Positions 10,001 to 19,574 of a DNA stretch of 64,000 bases are shown here, piece by piece. The DNA lies in IMG/VR virus record IMGVR_UViG_3300025133_009608, positions 62,001 to 126,000 of that record; one strand, written 5' to 3'. Below the pieces are notes generated by a model. It did not search any database. It saw nothing but the letters and a program-made list of their open reading frames with translations, and was not told the DNA's origin. Made by a program: the position numbers and the translations under genes. The first letter of the stretch is position 1, and every line of letters begins with the position of its first letter.

Positions 10001-10270
10001 CCTTGGCAGCATTATCATATGATAAGATCTGCGCTCGGCTGGATCGTTAGAAAAATAGAACTCACACCCAGGAATGAGTTTTACCCCGGTTTTTTCAGAT
10101 GCCTTAAACGCATCATAATGGGCAGTCAAAGTTCCATGATCTGTTATCGCAAGCCCCGGATGGCCGACCTCTTTCGCTCTCTCAAAGATATCATAAACAC
10201 CGTTCATTCCGTCTAACGGGCTGCCAAGCTCTGTGTGATTATGAAGAGAAACAAATTTTCCATTGGCCAT
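7010..10270 (-). CDS. dnaE: DNA polymerase III alpha subunit (C-family)
   Basis: PHP domain (LHNHTELGSPLDG, ITDHG, GCEFY, TCDAHY), ARGSSAGSMVAY, FERF, PDIDTDF, HAAGV, KMDLLGL, YEEQAM, YSFNKSH and a C-terminal OB fold. Confidence 0.97.
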   Translation of the reverse strand: MANGKFVSLHNHTELGSPLDGMNGVYDIFERAKEVGHPGLAITDHGTLTAHYDAFKASEKTGVKLIPGCEFYFSNDPAERRSYHMIMLPRTQLGYQNILRLNYLGFRNQVSGYMGKKTPRITWEHIEKYNKDIIALTACPSGLIARTLITEQNEELAVQYLNRFNSIFQDGFFLEIQPHALDVTTKDGKPISQPMLNQALVRLSHDMDIPYVITCDAHYRDAEHAKYHDFMLAIKDKKALDDPTRFKYGVQDMYLKAEDEITDFFGSEISKVGMENSMKIMNACEYPNYLRAKGPQLPSYPVSDSSDYQKFLKWKESKSLIGVEDKEYLRYKCIEGFKSKLGSLSKEDKAAYWERVKVELDVLEEKDFSSYMLIVADYINWAKKRMPVGTARGSSAGSMVAYLTGITGIDPIKYDLIFERFHNNQKTSFPDIDTDFSRPGDVKEYLKDKYGPSKVASISNWGKLSPKVAIKDCARSLRLGGDKSTAFKIANLITQNMPDSKTIDEAVRDSKHVAAYMQEYPELYEYTSKLQNLTRNWSVHAAGVVIGNEPLYSFVPLRLDDKGNTVTQWEKSRCEENGLIKMDLLGLKTLTVMDEALSLIFGTTGESISIENIPLDDDKVYNMIGRGGTSGVFQLESSLTPLCIKLKPRSISEISDINAIGRPSCKAESRAKYIRRKLGREDFKIEHPNLERALKSTFGILVYEEQAMFIAQDVAGWDLNQADSLRKLSKLKGKDPALAMKVQSDFIKDSMKYSGMTHKMACEVFRDYIEVLQGYSFNKSHSISYSHISYYTAWLRCHYPAEFMCALINSEDQNSDAVQEYIDSCGSLGIKILPPDVNKSGGKYNIVNGNIITGLAALKGVGDKAIESILESQPFASFEEFVTKNNSRTVGKIVIQSLARAGAMDEFGKTRMDMHDNYQKYRTKTNSELKKGKSIGEIKIDAYHSDEWERKEVLLGEQAVLGRAISGNLHEVFSDFFSSGPNVLKFVRIPLMNKGDSVRVEAIIKAKVKEFKIKNGKNAGKKFAKYLIEDVTGQTCGMTVWADDYSRYRDILKDGSPLKAVCKVNEYMDKKDLALSHLERVYGSRL

Positions 10271-10347
10271 ATTATGATTCCATTATCTTGCTTTTTATTA
10301 AAATATTAGCGCCTGTTTGTCGCTCCGTCTCGGCCTACCGAACTTGC

Positions 10348-10392
10348 AAATAAACAAGGCAACACCAACATAATCGCGATGGTGATGTTGCC
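10348..10392 (-). terminator. Probable Rho-independent terminator after the 10414 gene
   Basis: Minus-strand stem GGCAACAUCACCAU / AUGUUGGUGUUGCC (one G-U pair, one mismatch) followed by UUGUUUAUUU. Confidence 0.6.
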
Positions 10393-10413
10393 CATAGTGT
10401 TTATCAAATATCT

Positions 10414-10695
10414 TTAAATCATATCTGATATACTATCATATATCTCGTGAATTACATCAATATCAAGCTCCGCCTTTGCAGCCCTAAGGGCCTGAGTGAG
10501 CTCTTTCTTCGGAAGAGACTTCGCCTCGATAAAGTCTTTTGACCAGTCTCTACGAGACTCCTGTAAGTCTTTTATCTGCAATTCATAGACCATATATTGC
10601 TTCACATAAGCAACCGCATCATCCATGGACCACGTGGTACCGTCTGATGATTCATCTTCATTAAAAATTCTTACTACGCTTGTTTCGTTACTCAT
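10414..10695 (-). CDS. Small dsDNA-binding protein, T4 DsbA / GapR-like
   Basis: Helical pattern YELQIKDLQESRRDWSKDFIEAKSLPKKELTQALRAAKAELDIDVIHEIYDSI resembles DsbA/GapR-type proteins. Confidence 0.45.
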   Translation of the reverse strand: MSNETSVVRIFNEDESSDGTTWSMDDAVAYVKQYMVYELQIKDLQESRRDWSKDFIEAKSLPKKELTQALRAAKAELDIDVIHEIYDSISDMI

Positions 10696-10725
10696 TTCGA
10701 CTTCTCCAATTTTATTTCAATTACA

Positions 10726-13700
10726 CTACTTTATAAGTTGCCCGAGCAGATCCTCTGCTCTTGCGATCATTATTATACGCTCCAGGCTCAACTTTCGCTT
10801 CGCTATTTTTACCATTTTTTCGGTCGAAGATTTCTTCCTGATCTCTTCTTCTCCAAATAGGGCACCGACCTCGTTCGCATGCCTCTCTAGCATTGAGTTC
10901 ATATCGCCTGTCAGGTTCTCCCAGAGCCTGTTTGTAAAATTAAAGATACCATGGGCGTCGTCTCTCCCGAATGGCTTATCGCTGTCACGCGAATACATTA
11001 TCTTCATAGAGTTTAGCTTTGCTATGTCCAAGATTTCATCAGAATCATACGATCTTATCCCGTCTAGAGCCTCTGGATCGTCTGGCTTTATATCTGCCAT
11101 TATCCGAATATAGGCCCCAGGACTCAAAACAGACGTCTTTATCCCTCCCGACTCCTCGGGGGTAATCATTATGCTTCTATCTGTGGAGCCATTAATTTCA
11201 TAAATTCCACCGGCATATCTTGACCAATTTTCAGCCTTCTTGTAAAAAGTACCCCTCTTTATTGCCCCTATATGACTCTTCATCATTGCTTGTCTATCCT
11301 TTGTCTCAAAAGTAGACGAAGAAACATCTTTACTCGCCTCAAATTTGCTCATATCCGGAGAGTCCCAAAAAAGAGTTGAATTCCCCACTTCTGACGTCCA
11401 CTCTTCTGAATCATACTTTAATACTTTTTTAACCCCATCGTGTCCCAGCTTCCCCACTATGCCTCGGCCATTAAGAATATCTTCTGTGTCAATTGTTATC
11501 CCTTCTATTTTCTTTTTTCTAATGGCCAAATTAATATCACTTGCCATGACCTCTAGGCCATACATATTTACCAGAGCATTTTTAAAGTTTGCCTGAACGC
11601 TGGCACGATAAGCATCGTTATCTCCAGAGCCCCACATTCCGTGGCCTCCGAACCTGGGGCCATACTGCTCGTTCATAATCATATGATTCGCAGTTACCCA
11701 ATCCACCATTGGAATATATTGCATAGAGACTGGATGATACCTATCAACCACTCTTGAGCCTTCACGACTCTCGGAACCCATTAGAGCCTCAGAGATAGTC
11801 TCTCTCATTATTCCATTCTCATCTGGAGTAACTGAGTGCTCTTTTTTTGCAGTCATTGTTAGCGAACTAATTGTTCGAAATGGCAGTGAGCGATACTCGT
11901 CGTGTAGGGATGATATTATGCCTATATAGTGCTTTTTGATCGCAGCTCTTAGCTCCGGATAAAGGGACTCGTCGATCATTTTAGAAAAAGACGACTCGTC
12001 GATGAGTGCGAGGCTCTTGAGCTTCTTGGCGGCCTTGGTAGCGGCATTCTCATCTCCTCTCATGTGGGCTGTGTGCAAGGCGTCTACTCCTTCGATATGC
12101 CTCCTCATCCGGCTATATGATTTGTCTATTTTCGACATTATCAATGACGCTTCCGCCGGAGACCTTTGCATGGCCCAGGACAAGTCTTTTGTCATCTTTC
12201 TTCCTCCAGATGATATTTCAACTGGAAGTCTAATGTCAATGACCGGGACCCTCGTTGGGTATGCTGGCCGAATACTTGTAACTTCTGGCTTTAAAGAGCT
12301 CTGAGGACGAGTAACGGTCCCCGCGTCTGTTATTGACGGAGAGAAGGCCATAGGAACCACCACTCCAACGTGGCCATTATATAGATCCCTTCTTGGAAAA
12401 GGAGTCTTTGCCGAGAAATCAGGATAAGTAATTCTTCCAAATGGAATTCCGCCCGTAGATGAGTACCCGATCATGTCGTTTGAAATTAGGCCCGGAACAT
12501 CTCCATCTTTTTTTAAAATCTTAGTGTAAGGATGATATGCCACACTTATATGCTCCATCGTCTTCTCAAAAGAGTATTTTGGGCTCGTGGTAGTGTCCGG
12601 CACCGCGAATACTGACCAGCCGTTTTCGATTACTTCTTGGGGGAGCTTTTCTGTTAAATCATCTCGAGGATTTCCATATGGAGGATGAAGAACTCTCCCC
12701 TCTTTTATAATCCCTTGGGCCAGTATATATGCAATGCCCTGAGCGTCCGGGCTTGGAATTCCAAACCCGTATGCATCGCCCGGGTCGGCGGCGGTCGATA
12801 ATATGTGCATTATGCCCCGAACATAGTATCCGGCTGACTTTCCGAATTTTGAATCTTTTAATGCAATGTCTTCGCTGAACCTTGCTATTTTGGCCGAATA
12901 TGTGGGGACATACCTCTCGGGATTACTTCCTGTGACTCTAGCATACTTATCTTCTCTGTGAAGAGATATATCAACAACTGATATGTCCCCATATATGTGC
13001 CTAATGATATCCGCCGCGTCATCACCATTGCCTGAAAGCTGAGACTCCAAAAAGCCCCTTGCCCTTTCCAGGTATGAGTGTGACAATGACGCGGCTCGCA
13101 GGCCAGAAATTGTAGCACTAAGCTCGCCAGAGAGGTCTTCCATGGACTCTTTCCATGTTCTTATCCCTCCCGGAGTATCGAGAGACCACGGGGATGACTC
13201 CTCATCGCTACCAGTCGTTGCGAGTGCATCTCTTTCGCTTTTTGTTATTCCGGACAGGTCCTCGAAAGAAAGTTGCATAATAGCATCTGAAGATGATAAG
13301 TCGACTCCAAGATTATAGCCAATATATCTAGCCGGACTAAGATCTTTATTTAAATAAATCTTTGATATTCTAGCTAACAAGTCGGATAACCTCAATGCAG
13401 TCGCCAGCATAACTAGCCGGCCTGTGAGTTCGCTTCTTCTTCTCCCCATTTTCTTCTTATATCCACGCGGCACCTTCTCATTGGGTCGAAGAGTTAAGTC
13501 TTCCGACAGGGTGGACTCCTCCATGGTTAGGGCTGGGATTAAAATTTGATATATAGAAGAAACATAATCAGAGCCGATTAGAATCGTCCCAGCCGCTCCA
13601 TGACCATAAAGCGACAACGCTGAAGACACCCCCTCCTCTATAACTCCTTGAACTTCTTCCTTGCTGTATTGCGACAAGCTTCTTAATAAATCTGGGTCTT

Positions 13701-16700
13701 TTCCCTCAAACTTGCTAATCAGTGGTTCTGCTGCCTTATTTGCCATTTCAACTATTTTATCATCATCCTTTTCGACGCCGTGGTCGGCCAATATGCCCAT
13801 CAACTCTTCTCTTATCCGGCTCATTTGCTCATCGCTGCAACATGGGTCATTTTCACTACGCAAAACCCCTGCAACATCCAATGATGTCCCGACATTTTTC
13901 CATGTTATTATATTCTTTAACTGCGCTGTAATCATGTCCCCCACCTGTCTGATGTATAGACCCGGAAGATCTCTGGATTCAAACGCCCTCTTGTTCTGCT
14001 CCTCCTTGTAATTCTGGTGCTGCATCTTGTCCGATTCCGTTACTCCGGTAGCCTCCCCGCTGCTCGAAACACCATCATCTTGAACCATATTGGTTCCAGA
14101 TGAAGCCTTGGTTGGATCTCCGAGCTTAACTTCGCCTGGATCAAAAGACTCAAAAACCGAACTTGTCGGAGACCATATATACCGAAGCCTTGATCCGATA
14201 TCGGAATTAAAATGATACCTGGCGGGCTGCGAAGCTGCGCCTTTTGATGGCATTATAAAATCATAATCCCTCCGAAGACCGAGAGGGCTCTCCTTCCAGC
14301 TCGAGTAGCTTTTGCGATCGAGGTCATTGCTGTCTTCCACAAGAATTCCGGCCTCGACAAAGCGTGCTGTGCTATTCTTTCCCCTGGAGGTTAGCAGTCT
14401 ATCTTTTTCAATCGACTCCCAGCTCATACTGCCTTTCTTCCCGAGGTCGTACCCGGCGTGCGCAGACCCGAATCCTATAGATTGCCCAATGGTAAATTTA
14501 TGTCCGTTCTTGCATACCAGTCCCAAATCTTTTATCGCACTATACTTGTGAATTCCGGCACCATGAGTGGAGTCTAGCTTGACCCCCATGGCTAATGATA
14601 ATAATTCTGCTATTTTTCTAATCCTGTTATCGTCAAAACCTGCGCTTGCATTTTTTAACTCCAATATAAATGGCTCGAGATCTCCGGCGTCGATCCCGAA
14701 TCTTACTAAAAGATTTAAGACCCCCCTCGTCGCCTCTCCTTTGTCATCACTAACAACCCGACTTAGGAAGCTGGACATTGAATTGCTACTATTCGGGTCC
14801 CTATCGAATGATGAAAGAGATGTGGCAGAACCACAAACTAAATACCCAGCCCTCCCAGGCTCTATAGCAGACACCCGTCCGTCCGCCGTAGTAGGAGCGG
14901 CGTAATCTGTCGACTCTCCTGTCATAGCATCTATTGGGCCGTAGTGAGGAATTGCAAGATATCTATATTTATTTCGAATATCCCTTGGGATATTCGAGGA
15001 TACCACCTGCTCCTCAATCTCTATATGGCATGGGCATGCAAAAAATACCCTAGAGAATTTCCAACCTCCGGATCGGACCTTTTCAAAATATCTCTCAAAA
15101 ACCTCCCTCTCATCCTCGGAGACTGCTCCGGATCTTACCGCTTCATTCAACTCTTCTATAAAGCCCGGGCCGGCTGCAGCCGGCACAGGCTGTAGGTGTT
15201 CTGGGCGGATTCTAACTTCTGGGTCCTTTCTTTTGAGCAGCTCTGAACTCAAAGATAATCCGCACTGTGATACAACATCTGGCTTCCCGTCGCCGGCGCA
15301 ACCGCCCGCCTTGTCGCAGGCGAACGGACACTTAAACCGAACGGTCGAAACCTCTACTCCGGCCGTCTGAATTTTCTTGGAGCCCCTAATCGATCCGAGG
15401 GCCTCTTGCCGCCGAAGCATTCCCTCGACATGATCTTCTTTTTTTCTCGACCTAATTAGCTCCTCTATTTCGTCCCAATTCTTCGGCTCATCTGGCTTCT
15501 TGCTATACTCATAACGAATTACAGATCCCAATCCCTCCGGATCTAACATGAATTCTCGATTTAATATTTTGCCACTAGAACTTATTGGGCTGTAGTTTTG
15601 AATTCTAAAATCAGAAGTCTTCTGAAGATCTACTGCAGATTCTTTTCCAGACATATTTCTTGTGTATTTGCTGAACCGAATCCACTTATTACACATTGGG
15701 CATTCAATTCCATTCCAGCCGGTGTACTCTTTAGTATTAAGCTTGGCTATTGTAATCATTCTAATAAATGATTTACTAATGCTGCGATACATCGAGTGTG
15801 TTAGAAATAACTTTCCATATTTATGGGCGCGATTTCTCATGAAGTGCTCTTTAAACTTTCTTCTGATCTGAACCTCATACACTTCATTGTAAGTGGTTTC
15901 AAAGTTTTCAATCTTTTTGTCTTCCTTGCTTACTCCGCGAAACTTCTGAAGCGCAAAAGATGGAAATACAAGCGAAGTAATCATCACAATAGACGTCTCT
16001 AGCATTTTATTTCCATTTTTAAGCATAGACGGAGACATCAATAGGTCCAAAATATCCTCGGCGGCCTCGGATCCTACCGCCCGATAGGAGCGATGAAGAT
16101 CAAAGACCTCTTCGTCCCAAATTTTTATTGCAGAGTAAAGATCATTTGCATCGCCTATAACTATAGAGCGGTTCTCTTTAAACTCAGTGGTTACAAAGCT
16201 TCCCTTGGCGTTTATGTCTGCGCCATTCAAAGAGTTATTTTTCAATATTTCTATTTTTGTTAGGATGGAGCTCTCGAGCCTGCTCCTAACGGAAAGATCT
16301 ACGGACACCCTCACTATTGCTCCGGAGTCATCCCTGGTTTCTGTAATGGCATCCATTGGCCCAGATACCCCCGATCCCCTGAAGCCATCGTAAAAGCCGC
16401 AAACTCCTTGACTTCCAACCCCTGAGGCCCCCTGGGAGCGAGAAGCTATAAGCCTAACCTTTAGCGCCTGATCTTCCTTTGGCCTTTTTATTGCATCCTC
16501 CCCCTTGAACACCTCTCTGGCTGCCTCTTCCTTTTTTTCTTTTTTCTTATCGGCGGGGGTGGCGGGCTCGCCGGGGGCGTCGTCGCTTATACCTTCGAAA
16601 ACCTCGTCCGAGGATATGGCCTTTCCGGCTATTGATGTTAAAATATTATGAATCACCTCGTGATGAGAATACACATCCTCCAAAATGATTTCCATCTCCG

Positions 16701-17376
16701 ATTTGCCAGAAGCAGCCTCCAGCCCTGATAGGACAGAGTTCATTTCATTTAATGCTGTAGCAAGATCTGCTGCATCAGATGATGGAGACGAAAACGAATC
16801 GTGGGGAACATCAACCATTAGAACCGATCCGACCAGGGCTGCGATGGCCTTTAGTCCGGACTCGGAGTCCGCCTCGAACTCAATGCCAGAAACACTCTCG
16901 GGTTCCAAAAGAGTCTCTGCCCAAAACGACAGTAAATCCTCTGGAGACTGCCCCCTTCCGGGGAGGCCGCGGGACACGCCACGTGCGCCTGACTCCTCTT
17001 CGTCACGATCCTCATCGGGGTCTCTCTCTTCAAAAAGAGATGGAGTAAAATCTTCGCCAACACTCCTCGAGAAAGAGAGCATCTTCTCTATGCTCTCTAT
17101 AGGGAGTTTAAAAAATGTTAAGCCTCCAATAATTCCAATTGCCTCGATGGCTTCGGACTTTGAAGTATTAGGAGACACCATCGAAAGAAGATCCTTCTCT
17201 GTCATCTCTCCGGCCTCAACCATCCCAAGGAGTGTTGCCCCCATCTCGTCGGAGTCGAACTCCTTGCGGGCATCTATGATTGAGTCATAAATTTCTTTAT
17301 ATTCAAAATTATCTGGGATTTGAGTCTTATCAAATAGTTCTTTTAGCTTTCCGGTGATTTCTGGATTTATATTCAT
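10726..17376 (-). CDS. Very large (2216 aa) hypothetical protein with several Cys/His clusters
   Basis: Uninterrupted 6.6-kb ORF with CPMC, CPFACDKAGGC, CPCH and CKNGH; no catalytic motif recognised. Confidence 0.8.
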   Translation of the reverse strand: MNINPEITGKLKELFDKTQIPDNFEYKEIYDSIIDARKEFDSDEMGATLLGMVEAGEMTEKDLLSMVSPNTSKSEAIEAIGIIGGLTFFKLPIESIEKMLSFSRSVGEDFTPSLFEERDPDEDRDEEESGARGVSRGLPGRGQSPEDLLSFWAETLLEPESVSGIEFEADSESGLKAIAALVGSVLMVDVPHDSFSSPSSDAADLATALNEMNSVLSGLEAASGKSEMEIILEDVYSHHEVIHNILTSIAGKAISSDEVFEGISDDAPGEPATPADKKKEKKEEAAREVFKGEDAIKRPKEDQALKVRLIASRSQGASGVGSQGVCGFYDGFRGSGVSGPMDAITETRDDSGAIVRVSVDLSVRSRLESSILTKIEILKNNSLNGADINAKGSFVTTEFKENRSIVIGDANDLYSAIKIWDEEVFDLHRSYRAVGSEAAEDILDLLMSPSMLKNGNKMLETSIVMITSLVFPSFALQKFRGVSKEDKKIENFETTYNEVYEVQIRRKFKEHFMRNRAHKYGKLFLTHSMYRSISKSFIRMITIAKLNTKEYTGWNGIECPMCNKWIRFSKYTRNMSGKESAVDLQKTSDFRIQNYSPISSSGKILNREFMLDPEGLGSVIRYEYSKKPDEPKNWDEIEELIRSRKKEDHVEGMLRRQEALGSIRGSKKIQTAGVEVSTVRFKCPFACDKAGGCAGDGKPDVVSQCGLSLSSELLKRKDPEVRIRPEHLQPVPAAAGPGFIEELNEAVRSGAVSEDEREVFERYFEKVRSGGWKFSRVFFACPCHIEIEEQVVSSNIPRDIRNKYRYLAIPHYGPIDAMTGESTDYAAPTTADGRVSAIEPGRAGYLVCGSATSLSSFDRDPNSSNSMSSFLSRVVSDDKGEATRGVLNLLVRFGIDAGDLEPFILELKNASAGFDDNRIRKIAELLSLAMGVKLDSTHGAGIHKYSAIKDLGLVCKNGHKFTIGQSIGFGSAHAGYDLGKKGSMSWESIEKDRLLTSRGKNSTARFVEAGILVEDSNDLDRKSYSSWKESPLGLRRDYDFIMPSKGAASQPARYHFNSDIGSRLRYIWSPTSSVFESFDPGEVKLGDPTKASSGTNMVQDDGVSSSGEATGVTESDKMQHQNYKEEQNKRAFESRDLPGLYIRQVGDMITAQLKNIITWKNVGTSLDVAGVLRSENDPCCSDEQMSRIREELMGILADHGVEKDDDKIVEMANKAAEPLISKFEGKDPDLLRSLSQYSKEEVQGVIEEGVSSALSLYGHGAAGTILIGSDYVSSIYQILIPALTMEESTLSEDLTLRPNEKVPRGYKKKMGRRRSELTGRLVMLATALRLSDLLARISKIYLNKDLSPARYIGYNLGVDLSSSDAIMQLSFEDLSGITKSERDALATTGSDEESSPWSLDTPGGIRTWKESMEDLSGELSATISGLRAASLSHSYLERARGFLESQLSGNGDDAADIIRHIYGDISVVDISLHREDKYARVTGSNPERYVPTYSAKIARFSEDIALKDSKFGKSAGYYVRGIMHILSTAADPGDAYGFGIPSPDAQGIAYILAQGIIKEGRVLHPPYGNPRDDLTEKLPQEVIENGWSVFAVPDTTTSPKYSFEKTMEHISVAYHPYTKILKKDGDVPGLISNDMIGYSSTGGIPFGRITYPDFSAKTPFPRRDLYNGHVGVVVPMAFSPSITDAGTVTRPQSSLKPEVTSIRPAYPTRVPVIDIRLPVEISSGGRKMTKDLSWAMQRSPAEASLIMSKIDKSYSRMRRHIEGVDALHTAHMRGDENAATKAAKKLKSLALIDESSFSKMIDESLYPELRAAIKKHYIGIISSLHDEYRSLPFRTISSLTMTAKKEHSVTPDENGIMRETISEALMGSESREGSRVVDRYHPVSMQYIPMVDWVTANHMIMNEQYGPRFGGHGMWGSGDNDAYRASVQANFKNALVNMYGLEVMASDINLAIRKKKIEGITIDTEDILNGRGIVGKLGHDGVKKVLKYDSEEWTSEVGNSTLFWDSPDMSKFEASKDVSSSTFETKDRQAMMKSHIGAIKRGTFYKKAENWSRYAGGIYEINGSTDRSIMITPEESGGIKTSVLSPGAYIRIMADIKPDDPEALDGIRSYDSDEILDIAKLNSMKIMYSRDSDKPFGRDDAHGIFNFTNRLWENLTGDMNSMLERHANEVGALFGEEEIRKKSSTEKMVKIAKRKLSLERIIMIARAEDLLGQLIK

Positions 17377-17385
17377 ATTTTCCTC

Positions 17386-18738
17386 TTAATACTTAACGGA
17401 GCTTAAAAGCTCCGTTATGAAGCCCCTTCTGTTATCGAGCCTCTTTGCCCTATCAGTGGTAAGGTTTTTATTAGCATAATTATATTCGTCATTTATTTTT
17501 TGAATAACATTACTCTTCCACGCATCCATCTGGATAAAATGAAGGCTTTCGGACCTCGTTTTTGGAATAAGGATTCTGCTGCTTTTTCTATCTAAATATA
17601 TCCTACACTTTGAGGCAGAATTTGCAATCATCTTTAAACCATGCCCGTCCACCGGGTCGGTAACGTTTAAAATTAATTTTGCATCAGAGATGCTTTCTGA
17701 CAAAACATCCCAAATCGGTCTGCATGCCAATGCCTTATAATATACGCTTCCAGCTTTAATATTAAATAAGGAATTTTCAAAAAGATGAGAGATATCGTTT
17801 CCGCCTTTATCCAAAATTTTCTTTGACATCAAGTTTATATATTCGTTTCCAGATCTTTTTATAGGAGTAATTAGGGCAAACGCACGTGCGTTCGCAAGCT
17901 TCTTATTAGGAAGAAAGCTTCTGGGATCGAAAATCTCCGTACCGGGGGGGTTGATTTTATTTATTGAAAACTCAAAATCTGGAAACTCATCGCATAAATT
18001 TACAAGCGGACTTATGGAGCTTGTCATATTATTCTCGCCCATGGTCCCGACTATGAGTTGCGATAACTCCTTTAGGCCCTCATTGAAGTAAGAATAGCCG
18101 GAGAGCTCAAGACCAGAGATTATAGAATCCAATGCGATTTCTGCAGATTTCGCATTTTCATTCGTTATTTCTCCATACCTTAAATTAAACTCGCGCAACT
18201 TTAAAAAAGAATACCGGCCCATAGAATATATTATAGCCTGAGCTCTTGCCCTGCACTTTGATACATATGCGGTCTCTATCTTCAGCACCTCATCAATCTG
18301 CATTGTCTTTAGATCTATATCCTTTGACTTGCTTTTTGACCGAGCTAGTTCATAAAAATAAGGATCTTGAACCGAATTTACTTCTTGAATTTGAATTTCG
18401 AGCAAATAAAGATATAAATTCTCTACAAATAGGTGTTTTCTTCTTACTACCTCTGGGCTAGAGCCCCCATTCTCACAAGGCTTTGGAGAACTTTTGATGC
18501 AAATGTCTGGATACTTTCTTTCGAACTCTTCCACTGAGCTACGAAAGAGACTCACTCCTTCGCGTAACTCCTGGATCGTCTTCCACTCAATATCTTCAAA
18601 CCTGGTACTAAGAATAAGCTCCTCTATATAAAGCTGCTCCTTATTCTTCTCTGCCCCACTTCGCTTTAGAAATAAGATTTTATACCTTGATATTTCCCTT
18701 TCGGCCTCAATGAACTCGGCGATGTCGCTTCCAGACAT
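17386..18738 (-). CDS. Hypothetical protein (450 aa)
   Basis: Long ORF tightly spaced between the sigma factor and the 2216-aa gene; no motif recognised. Confidence 0.7.
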   Translation of the reverse strand: MSGSDIAEFIEAEREISRYKILFLKRSGAEKNKEQLYIEELILSTRFEDIEWKTIQELREGVSLFRSSVEEFERKYPDICIKSSPKPCENGGSSPEVVRRKHLFVENLYLYLLEIQIQEVNSVQDPYFYELARSKSKSKDIDLKTMQIDEVLKIETAYVSKCRARAQAIIYSMGRYSFLKLREFNLRYGEITNENAKSAEIALDSIISGLELSGYSYFNEGLKELSQLIVGTMGENNMTSSISPLVNLCDEFPDFEFSINKINPPGTEIFDPRSFLPNKKLANARAFALITPIKRSGNEYINLMSKKILDKGGNDISHLFENSLFNIKAGSVYYKALACRPIWDVLSESISDAKLILNVTDPVDGHGLKMIANSASKCRIYLDRKSSRILIPKTRSESLHFIQMDAWKSNVIQKINDEYNYANKNLTTDRAKRLDNRRGFITELLSSVKY

Positions 18739-18740
18739 GG

Positions 18741-19571
18741 TCAGTCCCTATTGAGTATTTCCGCTATTAAGCGCTTGGTTCTTGGCTTCTTTCCAAGCTT
18801 TTTAAGCTTTATACTCGCAGCCCATCCAGTTATTCCGACCTTATCCGCAGCATCCTTTAGGGATAGATCGTATAAGCAGATTAATTCTAAAATCTTCGCG
18901 GTCTTTGGATCAATAGAATCAGTTAATGAACGCAAGGATCTTTGAAACTCCATCATCTGCAGAGAGGTTCTTTTGTCCCCATAAATAGAAGCATCCGCGT
19001 CTATACTGTCTTGAAAGAACTCTCCGTACTCGTCGCCGCTCTTATTCTTTTTTGGATTTATCTGAGAAAATGATATTTCTCCGCGTGATTTTCTAAAAAG
19101 AGCCTTATGCTCCTTTCCGCACGAATCACATATGCCCAAAATATCACTATTTGGATCATTAGACTTTAGAATCTCACCGTCACAATCGCAAAGTATATTT
19201 CCATTTTTTGACTTTAATGAAAATGCATCATTTGAAAGTTTATTTATACTTCTTATTTTTGATACCAACTTGTTTCTAAGATGAATATGCAAGAAGGTAC
19301 TAAGCTTTACTTTCTTTTCGGGGTCAAAGGCCTTGATCCCCTCGATTGCTAATATTACTAGCTCTTGCTTTATGTCTTCAAATCTAAATCCAGGCATATG
19401 TGTTCTAGACGCCATCTTGCACAAAAGCGGATCTATCTTCTTTAAGACCGCTCCATAGCCCTCGCCCGAAATAGTATCTACATATATCTCCTCATTATAC
19501 ATTCTGACTACACCAGAATAACTCTTCATTAACTTCTCCGGCCTTGCTTGTGGCTTAAATAATTGTATCAA
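18741..19571 (-). CDS. Phage sigma-70-family RNA polymerase sigma factor with a Cys4 insertion
   Basis: Region 2: FEDIKQELVILAIEGIKAFDPEKKVKLSTFLHIHLRN. Region 4: ILELICLYDLSLKDAADKVGITGWAASIKLKK. C-x-C-x17-C-x2-C lies between them. Confidence 0.8.
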   Translation of the reverse strand: MIQLFKPQARPEKLMKSYSGVVRMYNEEIYVDTISGEGYGAVLKKIDPLLCKMASRTHMPGFRFEDIKQELVILAIEGIKAFDPEKKVKLSTFLHIHLRNKLVSKIRSINKLSNDAFSLKSKNGNILCDCDGEILKSNDPNSDILGICDSCGKEHKALFRKSRGEISFSQINPKKNKSGDEYGEFFQDSIDADASIYGDKRTSLQMMEFQRSLRSLTDSIDPKTAKILELICLYDLSLKDAADKVGITGWAASIKLKKLGKKPRTKRLIAEILNRD

Positions 19572-19574
19572 TTC

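Noticed and set aside
10308-10360. Alternative pairing GCCUUGUUU/AAACAGGC as an antiterminator upstream of dnaE
   Set aside because: The competing strand lies downstream of the U tract, so it cannot form before termination.
10726-17376. 2216-aa protein as an RNA polymerase subunit, helicase or tape measure
   Set aside because: No NADFDGD-like, Walker or DExD motifs and no regular helical repeats were seen.
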